Assembly (NCBI GenBank): GCA_964016885.1 | Contig: OZ024745.1 | Coordinates: 126,108,001-126,172,000, forward strand | Reading direction: 5' to 3' | DNA from: Eledone cirrhosa | Taxonomy: Eukaryota | Length of the DNA: 64,000 bases | Shown: positions 11,346 through 26,330 of the stretch, in pieces | Layout of the letters: each line of letters starts with the position of its first letter | Numbering within the stretch: the first letter of the stretch is position 1 | Program-made: the position numbers and the translations under genes | Notes under the pieces: generated by a model | What the model was told of the DNA's origin: nothing | Seen by the model: only the letters and a program-made list of their open reading frames with translations | Database searches by the model: none

Positions 11346-11350
11346 AGGAT
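11100..11350. repeat. (GA)n microsatellite
   Basis: Direct inspection. Confidence 0.95.
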
Positions 11351-11742
11351 GAATGTTTGTGTGTGTGGGTATGTTTTTCAGTCTATTTTTATACCAGTGT
11401 CTGGATGTGTGTGTGTGGGGGGGGGGTATGTGGGCATGGGTGTCTGAATGCAGTAAAGAGAGTTAAGGGTAGAGACAAAATAAAGCATTCAAGACATGGA
11501 ATTTGTAACCGGAACTGAGAGACAAAAATGCATATTATCTATATATATGTGTATAAGATGTGTGTGTATGTGTTTGTGTGTGCCATATGACATATGATGA
11601 CTGTAGGGAGCTGAGAATAATATATATATGTAAATATACATACATACGTAAATATGTATATATACATATATATATTTACATATATATGTGTATATATATA
11701 TATATATATTTATATATACATATATATATATATATATGTGTG

Positions 11743-11826
<84 letters not shown>

Positions 11827-12089
11827 CCTATACACACACACATATACACACACACAACATACACTCACACACACATATATATATATATATATATTATGCA
11901 ATACTCGCAAACGAGCCACCACCCTTCTAAATACTTTTGAAACAGAAGACGTAAAACACTGTCCTATTAGCTTTAATTTCGACAAGAATCCGAAGAAACA
12001 GTTTGCCCTTATACAAACATTAGAACAATGGAAGAAAGATGAGATGGACGAGACTCTGTGAACAGATATCATTCTAATGCTTACTTTCT

Positions 12090-12338
12090 TTACCCTTTTA
12101 TTGCCATATTTCTAAAGAATAACATTGTTTTTTTGTTTTTGAAATAATTCTTTAAAATGTAGTGTTTAGTATTATGACTAATTTTCTCATTATCAATCTG
12201 CGGTTTAGAACATGATTAATAAATGTTCTTACATAAAACCATCATGGAATCTTTTAAACTTAATATACACTTTAAAGAAAACAGCTTTGTGTCAAAGAAC
12301 CGTGAGTGGTCTCAACGTGATGGTAGCAAAAGTGTTAA
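12090..12338. mobile_element. Diverged piggyBac-like MITE
   Basis: Ends TTACCCTTTTATTGCCA and TGGTAGCAAAAGTGTTAA form imperfect TIRs with a TTAA-like target. Confidence 0.45.
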
Positions 12339-12364
12339 GCATCTCTTTAACATAACTAAATTGC

Positions 12365-12520
12365 TTGAGAACTGTTTATTTAGGCCTTAGAATTTAGAAT
12401 TTACAACTGCGAGCTGGAACATGTGCACTAAGAACTAGGAGCTGGAATCTGAGATCTGAAAGAGAAGAACTGAGAGTGCTAGAAGCTGAAAGTTAGATGC
12501 TGGGTTGTTGAGAATAAGAA
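12365..12520. repeat. Degenerate ~7-bp periodic minisatellite (CTRGAA-like)
   Basis: Repeated units such as TTAGAAT, CTAAGAA, CTAGGAG, CTGGAAT, CTGAGAT, CTAGAAG, CTGAAAG. Confidence 0.55.
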
Positions 12521-12570
12521 TATTACGGTTCAGTGCTTGTATAGGGAATAACTGTGTGTATACTCTAAGG

Positions 12571-13275
12571 TTGAGGTTCTCAAAGTGAGCACTACACTAA
12601 CCCCCACCCCGGGGGGGGGGGGACATTGAGAAGGTTCAGAGGCGCAGAGGCCTAAGTAGGTGGTGCTGGGAATGGTACAGATGATATAGTAGTATATTAA
12701 ATATCAAATGATACATATTACATATGAATATAGTAAAATAGAATATGTATTTTTATTTACGCCTAGTATATATTATATTATTGTTATACTTTGGGAGGGT
12801 CATGTTGCCAATAAAGTACACGCACCTATTGGTTTTCACTTCAATATATTATAAATTTCCGGTTGGCTGGTTGGTTGGTTCGATAACCGGAAGGTTGTTC
12901 ATATATTGTCAAAGCTCTTTCGTCACACATTCTGTGACCACAACCTTCCGGTTATCGAACCAACCAACCAACCGGAAATTTATGATAAATTGAAGAGAAA
13001 ACCAACAGGTGCGTGTGTTTTTTATTGGCTACATGACCCTACCAAAGTATAACAATATCTGCTTCAACACACGTTTTCAGATAAGAAATCTTGCAAAACA
13101 AATTCAAAAACGAATATATTATATTATTTATTATATATAAATTAACGATTTTATTTATTATATATTATTTACAATTTGCGTGTAGGTAGGTCTCTCTGGA
13201 TATAGGGGTGGGGTGCTGAGGGTATTATGTGACCGTGAGGAGGGGGGGGGGGGGGCAAACGTTTAAGAACCTCTG
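12571..13275. mobile_element. hAT (Charlie-like) MITE hosting a nested fold-back element
   Basis: Ends GAGGTTCTCAAA and TTTAAGAACCTCTG with subterminal G-runs. Confidence 0.55.
12779..13101. mobile_element. Family A fold-back element
   Basis: Inverted arms 12779-12898 and 12940-13057. The spacer carries the minus-strand HHR stem II-GAAA-GAGC-TT-TGACA and is truncated just before the CUGANGA box. Confidence 0.8.
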
Positions 13276-14469
13276 GTCTATTGTATCCGTGTGAAAGTTT
13301 TAAGGAATCATTGTTCGTGACACAAATTCATCTGGCAGATTGAGTGCAATTCTCCAGTGATTAAAAGAGAATGTGGTCTAGTATTTATCTAAATCTTCCC
13401 ATCGTAATTTTGTATAAGAATCTTTGTTGTGTTCCAAGTGTCAGCAGAATATTGAAAATGTTAGTCTTATTACAAAACTCCTCTAATTTTATTTTACTAT
13501 TTTCAAAATTATTTGACAATCAACGACACCATCATTCATTAGAAACATGGAAACTAAACCAGTGTCGCGTTCAGGTTTCTTGAAGGACATGAAGAAAATA
13601 ATTTTTCTCTTAATTTGTGAAATAGGACATTATCATTAATATACATTGACATATTCAGACTAATATATTCATCGTGTTTGTTACAGTTAGATTTGACCGT
13701 TGTACCCTCCGTTTTTCAGTAGGCCCTGGTCGTATTCGCTAACATTCTTCGAATTTTGAACCGAACCATTTACCATCTACAGCTGCCCACGAAAACTAAG
13801 ACAAGAGAGGAACATCTTAAAGACCTAATCTCTGGGGAAACAAAGTAATCAGGTATGGCCGATTATTTGAACGGAGAGAAAAGGGAGTCACGCGAGTTTA
13901 TGAAACAAAGTCACGATAATTGACATGAAACAATATTAGAAGATAAGACGATTGAAAGAATCAGTTTTATGTTGGGTTCTGATAACATCCTTGATAAGGC
14001 TAGAATAGATATGAGAACCATATGGCAGTCTTTAATTAGGAGAGAATGAAGATTAAGTCTGCGGTCAAAAAAGAATTTTATATCACCTGATTGTCTGACT
14101 GTATATATGTATGTATAGACCTGAAAGAATTACCGCAAAGCATACTTACCGACGTTTTAACGACTCTGACAGCTCACCGCCTTGACAGAATATAAGCTTT
14201 AATCAAACGGTCAGCGTTACAGTTTAACTGGTGTGGGGTTTCAATCTTTGGCTCAGTTAATTTATATACTCTAAGGCGGGAAAACAGTATTTGAAGTTTG
14301 AGAATAATCGAGTGGGAAAGACAGTGGAATAAGATCAGTCTACATCTATGGATTGAATGTAGAAAACGTCGTTTAATAGAGCGGTTGAAACGAAACGACT
14401 ATAACAACAAGATGAAGACATCAGTCCGAAATATAACTGTGTATTATAATGCACAATGAAGCCACATGA

Positions 14470-14690
14470 CTTTGTGATGAAGGTGCTGGTCTTATAATTA
14501 ATTTGAGAGTTCGATTCCCAGACCGAACGGTGCGTTGTATCTTTGAGCAAACCACTTTATTTCCCGTTGCTCCAGTCCACTCAATTGGAACAAATAACTT
14601 GTACCGGTAATTGTCCGATACTATGTCACGCGGAATCTCCCTGAGAGTTATATTAACAGTACATGTATCTGTGGAATGCTCAGCCATTTG
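14470..14690 (+). mobile_element. Diverged tRNA-derived SINE (second family)
   Basis: B box GTTCGATTCC then TTGAGCAA..CACTT..TTGCTCCAGT; related minus-strand copies at 34665-34825 and 35635-35850. Confidence 0.6.
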
Positions 14691-14832
14691 CCTCCTTTAT
14701 TCCGTTGTTTTTTGTTTTGTTTTTTCGAGTGTCTTTGTTCTGTGCGCCCCCTCTTTTGAATTCATATACTAAAGACATAATCATGTGGGCATTTTTTGAA
14801 ACTATAAGTCCATCAGTCGCAAGTGGGGAGAG

Positions 14833-14876
14833 ATCTTCCTGATGAGAATCAGTGAAGTTCGAAATGCATCGATGGT
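14833..14876 (+). ncRNA. Minimal type I hammerhead ribozyme
   Basis: ATCTTC-CTGATGA-GAA-TCAGTGAAG-TTC-GAAA-TGCA-TC-GATGGT; palindromic TGCA stem III. Confidence 0.65.
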
Positions 14877-15063
14877 TGTCACCCCTTGCTTCTGCTGGAA
14901 ACCACCAGAGGGCGTTAGCCCTGGTGTTTTTTGCATAACTACGGCTTTCTAAATGTTTACATGTAAACATACAGTATTTCTTTAGAAATACGAAATTCTA
15001 ATATATATATAGGAGAAATTATGACCCCAACGGCAGAGCTCAAGCCGTTTCGACGGCTATTTC

Positions 15064-15130
<67 letters not shown>

Positions 15131-15164
15131 AAACGAAGGGAGCAGCCATCATGTATGTATGTAT

Positions 15165-15276
<112 letters not shown>

Positions 15277-15295
15277 GTGTGTATGTGTGTGTGTA

Positions 15296-15333
<38 letters not shown>

Positions 15334-16483
15334 AAAGAGAACGAGAGAGGTTGGGAAATAAATGGTTCCCCACTGTCTGAAATATTAGATAGTTTCCGTT
15401 TTTTACAACCTAACATATATCATTTGCCGTTTATCATTTCAATGTATTACTAACATGGACCCGCCCTTATCTTTGCTGTTAATCACCTTGAAATCTAGTG
15501 ATAATATTATGCTGTTTTATGAAACGAGTAACGTTTTCACACGAGGGGTTACGGTGCTATCATATCTGATTCAATAACTGTTTGCTACACCTTATTTTTT
15601 TTATACAATTCCATAGTGCCTAGATGAGCATTTACCATATCTGTTTCGTGATACATTATCTCTTTCAATAAGTTAAAATAACTATACTGTTTCAAGAAAA
15701 TCCTTTTTATATGATAGCAACAACGGCTCTTATTTGGCAGGGTTCCTTGTACTGAAGTGCAATCCAGATGTAAAATCTCACGTCTAACGAAAGAAAGCAG
15801 TGTTTCATACAATCAGCCTGAGAATAAAGAAATATTGCTCCACAGAGCGTTTAATAAACATCACTAGGCTATGGCGTTATGTGGAAATAAGAATATACAG
15901 ATTCTGAAATAAGATAAAGCCCTGAGGTTTTATAAGACAGTATAGAAAATAGAACGAGGCTGTTCTGTCCAGAAAATTGTCTGTGGCAATTATATGATAA
16001 CATTGCTATATCTACGTAGTCTAGATAGGGTTTATCTTCAAAATAAAGGCAGCAAGAACACAGAATGACTGAACAAATAAGTTTGTTCTCAAATCTCTAT
16101 CTGCTCCCTAATATTTTAATAAAAGCAAACAATACACTGAGTAATGTCGATCTATAGACAGTGTGAAGAAAAGGCTGGGCGGCGACAATTGGAGCACCTT
16201 TGACCGTAGATTTGCTTCATCAAAACTGGATCCTTAAAATCCAAAACTTGCAGAAGTAATAGTAATCTCATTAAACCCAAACACTATGACCTATAAAAAC
16301 TAGGTTCAGTCGGTACCCCATTCAGAGTCAAAGAAAGACCAAAGAATAGCTGAAGTCCGTCCCTTAAAATGAAAACCTTTCCACACTCTTGAATATATAG
16401 AGTAGCCCACATTCTCTCCCATAGAAGGGACAAAATCAGTTTTGTTCCACCGTGCAATATTTCTCGAGGAGGCTGTGATAAAT

Positions 16484-16825
16484 AATTATTCCTACTTTTG
16501 GCACAAGGCCAGCAATTACCCCAGTGCATTACTGGTGCTTTATTTTCACGACCCCGTAAAGATGAAAGGCAAAGCTAACCTCGGCCGGATTTGAACTCAG
16601 AGCGCAAAGGGTCATAACTCTATGCTGCAAAGCATGATGTCTGACGCTCTACCGATACTGCCAACCCACCGCCGGCTCTGATAAATAATTGTTTCTACTT
16701 TTGGCACAGGGCTAGTGTATTACTGGTACTTTATTTTATCGACTCCGTAAGGATGAAAGGCAAAGTTAACCTCGGTGGGATTTGAAATCAGACCGTAAAA
16801 GGGACGTAACTATGCTGGAAAGCAC
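16484..16825 (-). mobile_element. Two tandem Meta-domain SINEs
   Basis: Matches to 5008-5192; near-TSD GGCT(G/C)TGATAAATAAT at 16471 and 16674. Confidence 0.85.
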
Positions 16826-17327
16826 TAATAATGACAGTAGTAACATTAACAATCGTAGTAACGACAGTAACATACAACAGGTCGAAGCAATAATAGCCTT
16901 TATGTAGTCGTTTGACTTGCTAAAAATAACAGCCAATTTTCGTCAAGTCATTACTGCCCGTCACAAAAAGAAATCGCATGGCTACATGTGGTTCTAAATA
17001 TAAAAATAGACGGTGATCATAGTTCTTCTTAATCAGAACTGACCTGGCGTTAAAGAACAATAGCAACAACATTTTAATAATAACAACTCCTTCGTTTATG
17101 ACTGACCTTATGTTTACACCTGGAATGTTCTTCTCCAAGGTGGAAGTCTAGTAGTCACCCATGCATGTAAGTCTCTCTTCTCCGCGTCACCAAGTTTGCC
17201 CAAAAGGAAAGGCAAAAGCCGATACAATTTGGCATTAGTGACATTGCGGGTGAAATCAGATAGAGCCGAGAGATTCTTCTAACAATCCGACAAGCCAAGT
17301 TGATCTCGGTGGAATTTGAACTTAGGG

Positions 17328-17616
17328 CAGTCATGGGCAACCTGCGGCCCGTGACGCTTTCTGAATGGCTCGCCTAAGTCACCTAAGTGAAATCATTCTG
17401 ATTTTTTTACCCCACCTTTTCAGTCGTAATTTATCTTTCTATCATTTTTACGATCGTGGAAAACAACGTGTACGAATTCTGAAGCAACAAATCAAAACAA
17501 CCTGAGTTACCGCCCTTTTTTAAATGTGGGCACGATTGTAAATAGCGCTTGCGGCCTGCCTGATGATGAACCATATCTTATGCGGCCCGCTTCTCGAAAA
17601 GGGTTGCCTATGCCTG
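17328..17616. mobile_element. hAT (Charlie-like) MITE inserted in a SINE
   Basis: TIRs CAGTCATGGGCAACC / GGTTGCCTATGCCTG (13 of 15 match), subterminal GCGGCCCG motifs, 8-bp TSD ACTTAGGG / ACTTAGAG. Confidence 0.85.
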
Positions 17617-19146
17617 ACTTAGAGCATAGAAATAACGTAAAGTATTTTAATACGGCGCTCTAGTGACTGTGCCAATTTTCCACCAACAAGAAGAAGAACA
17701 ACAACAGAAGTAATAAACAACAGCTAAAAAAAACAGCTGTAAACTGTAACATTAGCGACGTCAGTTATATTATTTGTCTCTGTTTTCTCTCTAACACCTT
17801 CGACCAATTAAGATAAGAGAATAAACATTTTGCCATCTCAATAGAACTTGGGTTGTAGATTTTTTTCTGTTTCAACTTTTATGTTTACAATTCTGTTTCA
17901 AATTGTGTTTGAAATTTTATGTTGTAAGTTTTATATTTCAAATTGTTTGCCAAATTCTGTTGAAAATTCTTTGTTAGAAAGGTTTCAGCAACTAACATAG
18001 AAAGTTACTGAAAAATCTATTTTATGAAGATGGGTTAGCAACTATGTGTTTATTTATAGTAGTATATGTCATTATTCAAAGTGTGTTTGAAACCAAGGAG
18101 TATGTGGCTGTCAAAGTAATTAAGTTTTCTTCACTACGATTTTACATACTTTTTTATTTCTTCTATTAGATGTTGTGTTTATCACGAGAACATCATAAAT
18201 ATCCATCCTTCGGCACCCTTTAAACAAACGGATACATGCTGTGAGAACACGAACATAAAATAAATATTTTTTCTTAATTTCAATTCATCTCATCCAAAGC
18301 TTTGAAATACATTCCATAGATGTAACCGTCTAAATCTTGATCAGATATGATATAATAATTTCTCCAAATTGAACAATTGGCGAACCTTCTTCATACAAAC
18401 CGAACCTTTTTCATGAGACTGCCTTTGGTTTTATTATTGAAAACGTCTTGATTTGAAGTGTTTGTATTTATATTAAAACTTTTCATCATAATTTCGTTAA
18501 CTATGTTTCAAAGCCATCTTATAAATGATAAATATAGTTATGTTACTAAATAACCTTTAATTCTATTTTTGGCGGAAATGAATTTTATTTTGGTGTGATG
18601 GATTGTTCAGGCGGAGATGGTAACATGAATGAACTTTTTGTCGAGATTCTTAGATTGGCCAAGGAATTCACGTGTTATAGATTGCAGCATTAGGAACCAG
18701 AGCATCATAATCTTCGGTTTAGAGACATGGACTGGATTCTAAAGGCACCCGTGTCTGCATGAAGGTGTTGTTAAATTCGACAAAGATTAATATTACATAC
18801 AAGAACAGGTACAGTTCACCCAAAGATCTTCCTCATAGTAACTGTCTAACTAATTTCATTCAACAGACTTGAGTAAACTCAGGGCGTGGAGAGAGGACAC
18901 CTGCCTATGTATTGCAGTAGGTTATTTTGTTCAAATTCTAATAGGACGAGCGACCACCTAGATTCTCATTTATTGACTCAAAGAAACAATAACTCCTCTC
19001 TCCACCTACACATACATAAATCGATTGGACAGCGCAGAGAATACGAGAAACGTGTCCAGGCTGTGATACAGCAGACTATACGAGTCATCACTGTATGTAG
19101 GATTGTATATGTTGTATGATACTCAGCTAGATGTAATTATATCATT

Positions 19147-19472
19147 GTATGGAATGGTCCCGTAACTCCATATAGAGTCGTAGAGGCGTCGTATTGACAT
19201 ACGGCGTTTCTCGGACATTTTAAGCCTGGCGGAGCCCATCCCTCCCCAGGTCTGAGTACAGCAGATTTCTTCTAGAGAAAGATAGAAAGTGAGAGCGAGG
19301 AAGTGAAAGATATATAGAGGAAGAATCGACCCCTGCACTAGACTGGTACTTTGTTTATCAACCTTGAAAGGATGAAAGACAAAGTTGACCTCGGTGGGAT
19401 TTGAACTCAGAGAGCAGAGAACCAGAAATAATACCATAAAACATTCTATCCGACATTCTAACGACTCTGCCT
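19147..19472 (-). mobile_element. Full-length Meta-domain SINE with long alternative tail
   Basis: tRNA-like head, Meta domain, tail ending GGAGTTACGGGACCATTCCAT. Confidence 0.8.
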
Positions 19473-19574
19473 TAATTATATCATATCTTGAACAAAACAA
19501 AAAAGATGTCGGTGATATACATCAGACAAGAAAGAAAATGTGAAGGTGTCTGAGCATTCTCACAGAGTATTATA

Positions 19575-19690
19575 GGCGCAGGCACGGTCGTGTGGTTAAG
19601 AAATTCGTTTCAGAATCATATCTCACGTTTTATCCTACTGCACAGCAGCCCAGGTAGGTCTCTTTTGTTTTAGCCTCAGATTGACCTAAA
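19575..19690 (+). mobile_element. Diverged CORE-like SINE head
   Basis: AGGCGCAGGCACGGTCGTGTGGTTAAGAA A-box region; relatives at 42664, 47575 and 49010. A single hAT-like end CAGTGGTTCCCAACCTTTT follows at 19692. Confidence 0.55.
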
Positions 19691-20984
19691 ACAGTGGTTC
19701 CCAACCTTTTGTGCACCATGCCCTCAACCTTTTGTGCACCATGCCTCAAAAATTGTTATTGCCCCCATCCCTTTTATATGAAAACAGCGATGATCAACTG
19801 CAAAGTGTAAACAAATTGGTGTATAGATGGTGCCAGATACACAATAACATGTGTGAAGAGGTGTGACAGGAGTTTCTGATAGTAATGTGTACCAAAGTTG
19901 CCATGGTGTAAAAGTAAATACAGTAAAACCTGAAGTTTCACTGACCCAAAACATTTGTGAAATTGGGTAGAGAGAAATTGTGTGGAACTCCATCGGATAT
20001 TTTGTACTCGTTCATAGACAACAGGTTTAATCTTTCGCTAGGTTTATCACCAGCAACTTATGCATGTACGCGTAATCATTAGAACGAGGTTTCGTATCTG
20101 AGGATAACTCATATATCATAGCTCCTTCCTTATCTTTCCTCGCCCAATCTCAGAGGTCATACAAAAGTTCATGTGCGCTTTAAGTCTGATTCATCAGAGC
20201 TGGCTTCAGACTCGACCATCACGGCTAAAAAAACAAACAGCAACACTAACAACTACAAATGCTTTTACATATGAAGAATCTGTGTAACGCTGATAATAGA
20301 ATGCAGACTGACACCCACTAACACAGCATGCTGCATTTATTTGTAGTGCTGATACTTTAATCACCAATGGTGCAACAGCCATAGTTTGGTGTGTCAATTT
20401 TGGGTGAGTATGATGTTCATGAACATATCATCTGTCAAATTGTAGATTAATCTATATTCCAGGAATCTAACATGAAATATATCATAAGTGCTCATATTTA
20501 ATGTCAAACACCAGTAACAACTACAGAGCACTGTTCACAGATTTCCCACGACTATCTTCCTTTCGTGAACCAGGTTGTTTCTGACCTTGGCACGATTAAA
20601 ACAAATAAATGTAAATGCAAGGGGTTTTCTCTGTTCTCAAATGACACCATTCTTAGGGTTATAAAATACTTTTAAAATAATAGACACATAAAAACACAAA
20701 ATAACTGTAAAACGAAAAGGATGGCAGTGAGAGAAAGGCGAGAGAATACAAAACATTTGGATAATGTCTCCCTTTGTTTAAAGTGAAAAGATACCAGAGA
20801 ACCACCCACTGACATGAGCTAACAACGCATTCGTTGCACCAGTTTCTGATATCAGAACAGAGTGGATTTTTTTTCCCCTCTTTTATATTGCTAACTCATC
20901 TAAATGAATTTGTAACGCCAAGTAAGCATCAACCTAGCTCTCTCATCAATACAGGCACGCACGCACACACACACACACAATCAC

Positions 20985-21129
<145 letters not shown>

Positions 21130-22418
21130 AGACTTAGCAAGAAATACAGTTTTCTTTCAGTCCTTTTTTTTTGTCTTCGTTTTTTGTTAATTAATATTAA
21201 TCTGGATTCTGAAAAGTTTAGTAAGAAAATAAAAAATATCGCTTGCTTTTTATATAATGATTTCTTTAACAAAATATGCATTTGATGATAGCATAAAACA
21301 TATGATTGTATTAGAATATCTGAATATCGTATTAAGCAAATTATGATAGCATGGATCATGTAGTTGTCGTTGTACCAGGGCGGATCAGGTTGTGATTGTT
21401 GAACAAAGTGTACTTTCTTCAACTATGAGCCATACCTGATATTTTTTGTTGTTTTTTTTTATTCTTTTTGTAGTGGGTTTTTTTTTTTTTTGTATATTTT
21501 AGCCTAGCCTACCCTGGATTGTGTATCCATATTTATTTTTTTAAACTAATGTAAGGATTGACGGAGAATTGGTTGTTACTTTTCGCTGATACATCCCATC
21601 TAGAAGCATCATCTTCGTCGTTTTGTATTCTGTCTAATGATAGCATGAAACCTGATAGTAAAATTTTATATCTGGTAGTTAAATGTTACGTAATGATGTT
21701 CTACAGCTGATAATGGCTACATTTTACATCTATTGAAGCAATAAATACTGCAGTTGATTATTATATTGCATCTTATAGTGAAATTATATCTACAGAATAT
21801 GATTCAGTTGATAAAATGATACTTATGATGATGAATTATCAAGTAAGGTGATAATTCATCTAGAATGGAATGGACCTCAGTCGGTTTCAGTAATTCGACT
21901 ATCACAACAACCTGCTCATTAAATTAACTAAGTTCGCGGTATACCGCGAAGATGAAATTAAACCTAAACTAAAATATTGTTTACGTTTATCTCCAGTTGT
22001 AGAAATACCGCCTTGGGTATTTTAACCTGGAGGCACCCATCCCTCTGCATGTTTGGACACATTCTATTTCGTCCAGGGACAGGATTGACTCCAGTACTAA
22101 AATGGTAATTTATTTATCGAGCTCAAAAGATGAAAATACATACAAACTTCTTGTCAATTTGTATCTCTACTAATCGTTTATTCTATTTCTACACAGTATG
22201 AAATGCTAGGAAATATGCTTCGACTTGTATTTTAAAATGTTCAAAATCGCCATTTTATGCCAACTACATCTCACGAGTAAGCCAGCTTGCTGACTGAGAC
22301 GGGATTTGAACTCATAACGCACAGAGCCTGATCAAATACTTCAGAACCGTCTGCCAGACTTTTTAATGATTCTGCTCAACCACGGCTATTAACTTAATAA
22401 CAATTATCCTCCACCATA

Positions 22419-22858
22419 ATATAATTGTTTCTACTTTTGGCACAAGGCCAGCAATTATCCCAGTGCATTACTGGTACTTTATTATATCGACACCAAAAGG
22501 ATGAAAGGCAAAGTTAACCTCGGCGGAATGTGAACTCGGATTGTAAAGAGCCGTAACACTATGCTTTAAAGCATGGCGTCAAACCTCTACCAATACTGCC
22601 AATCCACCATACTAATAATTGTTTCTACTTTTGGCACAAGGCCAGCAATTATCCCAGTGCATTACTGGTACTTTATTTTATCGACACCGTAAGGATGAAA
22701 AAGTGTCATGTATTATCTGAGGGCCATTTATGATTTGAGTTCAAATCCCGCCGAGGTTAACTTTGCCTTTCATCCTTACGGGGTCGATAAAATAAAGTAC
22801 CAGAAATGCATGGGATATTTGCTGGCCTTGTGCCAAAAGTAGAAACATACTAATAATA
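22419..22858. mobile_element. SINE cluster: two minus copies plus one plus copy
   Basis: Matches to 5008-5192 at 22419-22608 (-), 22613-22700 (-) and 22720-22858 (+). Confidence 0.85.
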
Positions 22859-23091
22859 ACAGCCAAAAACACCCTGAATGTGTAAAGTCAGATTACACAG
22901 CTACACATGAAACTGTGTCGGCTGCTTACGACAACTCAATAGCTCTTGCCATATTTTATCTTTACTGATCTCTACATTTAATCTGAAAGTGATCTACAGT
23001 TAAAATGTATTTTATTTTTATTTACTTTAAGAAGGCAGGTGTATGAAAAACAAACCCACACAAATACACTAGCGCGCACACGCACAGATAC

Positions 23092-23147
<56 letters not shown>

Positions 23148-23338
23148 CTGTATGTATCTGTGTATGCATGTATGTTTATATGTGTGTGTGTATTTATGTA
23201 TGTATGTATATGCCTGTATGTATATATATATATATATATATATACATACAGGCATATACATAAATACATAAATACACACATATATACATACATGCATACA
23301 CAGATACATACAGACACACATGCACATATATATATATA

Positions 23339-23765
23339 GTAATAATAATAAATTTGAAGACTAAAATCCAAATAGGGCTCGATAAGGATAAATATATATC
23401 AAATATATAAGAACCCTAGAGCAAATATTTATTAAAATAACAGATTAAATTTTAAGCAAAGAATCGCTGCTTTCACCCTTAACGGGATCTTCTGAAACTA
23501 AAAAAATCAATCTGTGACGCAGAAGTAAATATTTCGAAAAACGTTGCAACCGAAGGGAAACAGGAAAGCGAGCTTTTTTCCGTTCATTGCCAGGGAACGT
23601 CTTCACGAACTAAACTATCGTCTTCCTGTTTTCATTCGGTTGCAACGTTTCCCGAAATATTTACTTCTGCGTTCACATATTGATTTTTTTTAGTTTCAGA
23701 AGATCCCGTTAAGGGTGAAAGCAGCGATTCTTTTCTTAAACTTTAATCTGTTATTTTAATAAATA
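23339..23765. mobile_element. Family C TA-flanked fold-back element
   Basis: Inverted arms of ~140 bp (23425-23566 and 23623-23766) containing CAGAAGA-TCCC-GTTAA-GGGT-GAAA. Other copies at 40040-40560, 42499-42655 and 49407-49762. Confidence 0.85.
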
Positions 23766-23785
23766 TATATATGTATCTGTGTGCG

Positions 23786-23816
<31 letters not shown>

Positions 23817-23821
23817 ATACG

Positions 23822-23917
<96 letters not shown>

Positions 23918-23918
23918 C

Positions 23919-23976
<58 letters not shown>

Positions 23977-24793
23977 ACATACATACACACACAGATACAT
24001 ATATATATATGTATATATATATGATGGCTGCCCTCTCGTTATCGAGTATGGCCATTACACGATATACCATTATTAATAATTATTAATTAATTCTACCGTG
24101 CAATGCCTGTGCGTGAAGATATTTTTTAAAGTGAGGAAAGACTGCACTGAGCCAATCCCACTCTCTGAGCGACAGTAGCTATAACCCGAAAAGAAGAAAA
24201 GATCAACATCATCGGTAACTACTGGGCCGCAGGTTTTATATCGGAGTTATCCCAGTTTCCTGAGTTGCCTTCTCCTAGAAGAATGCCCTGATAAAGGCTA
24301 GGGTCCTTCACTCCCTGTGGTTTAACCGTGCGATCGAGTGTCCAGCCTGACTATTTCTATGTCCCCGCGCATATACACACACATGCATCCATGTATATAC
24401 ATATTTACACACTTTAGGATGGCCGTTGACTCTTATGAGTTCTTACAGACATACCCCTTACTTTGAAACAAAATCAAAGAAGCACATACACGCATAAACG
24501 CACTTGAAGCACATACACACATAAACGGAATTTGAACCGTTAAGGTCTGATTCCTGGGTCTGACCTACATACATACAGCGTTTTGTATTTAATCACTGAT
24601 TACAACAGCCGAATGTTCTAAAGTTCAGATTAGAACCTGTCTAATTGCTTTCGTTTCCGGCTTTAGCTAGATATGTCTTGTTTTATTTTGTTTTTATTTT
24701 ATATGAATTATTTTTAGTTTTAAATCTCGAGATCTCATCACTTTTTTATTTTATTTGCTTTTATTTGTTTTTTGTTTTGTTTGTTTTATCGTA

Positions 24794-25553
<760 letters not shown>

Positions 25554-25994
25554 TTTGCAGTTCAGTAGGAAGTCAGCTGTCTTCCCTAATGGAATCAGTT
25601 ATAAGAAGTAAATAAGCTGCACACAAGAGTGGTAAAACGATAGGCCGATCCTCCATTGCAGAGTAAAGAAAAAGCTCATTACGTAAACATGCCATGGTGT
25701 TTATTTTTATGCAAAGCTAGCAAGTTCGAGCGATGGTAGAAAATCAAGCTGAGGGAAGTTAACTCATAACCAAATCGAGGTTAAGTTTTCTTTCATTCTT
25801 TACAGTCACTTGAACTACTGCCATCTTAGATATAGACAACGCATGGCGTCGACTTCTTGAAAATGTCGAGTAAGACACATTTTCTGTCTGGTCTGTAACA
25901 TTTTGACATTGAGCAGATGTATCACTGAAAGCAGAAATTATAAACTTCCTACCGGGCAATAGTAAGGAAATGATATATCAGTTGTAATTGCATC

Positions 25995-26330
25995 TTTTTT
26001 TTTATGGAAAACTTGTATGGAAGAGTTTTATGGAAAACTTTCACGAATCACTTTTAAGTAAGTTTTTCTTTCTGATTTTTTTTTTTCCTAGGAGACCTTT
26101 ATAAAAACGTTTATGGAATTATGCTTATGGAACTATTTTATTGAATAGTTTTATGGAAGTGGTTTTGAAAAAAACTGTTATAAGAAAATCTCTGGAAGAT
26201 TTTTTATAGATTTCTTCTTCAAAACTGGTTCGCAGAAAACGTTTGTGGAAAACTCTTACGGGACAGTTGAATTCAATATTTTAAGGAAAACCTTTATAAA
26301 AACGTTCATAGAAAAGCTCTATGAAATAGC
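25995..26330. repeat. Degenerate TTTTATGGAAAA-type minisatellite
   Basis: More than ten imperfect 12-15 bp units. Confidence 0.55.

Noticed and set aside
15782-15835. Minus-strand 36-nt candidate exon (ADCMKHCFLSLD)
   Set aside because: Plausible acceptor but weak donor, no recognisable protein and no partner exons.
19150-19260. Twister- or HDV-like ribozyme in the SINE long tail (GGTCCCGTAACTCC...)
   Set aside because: I could not build the required pseudoknots; the sequence is better explained as the antisense of a LINE-type 3' stem-loop tail.
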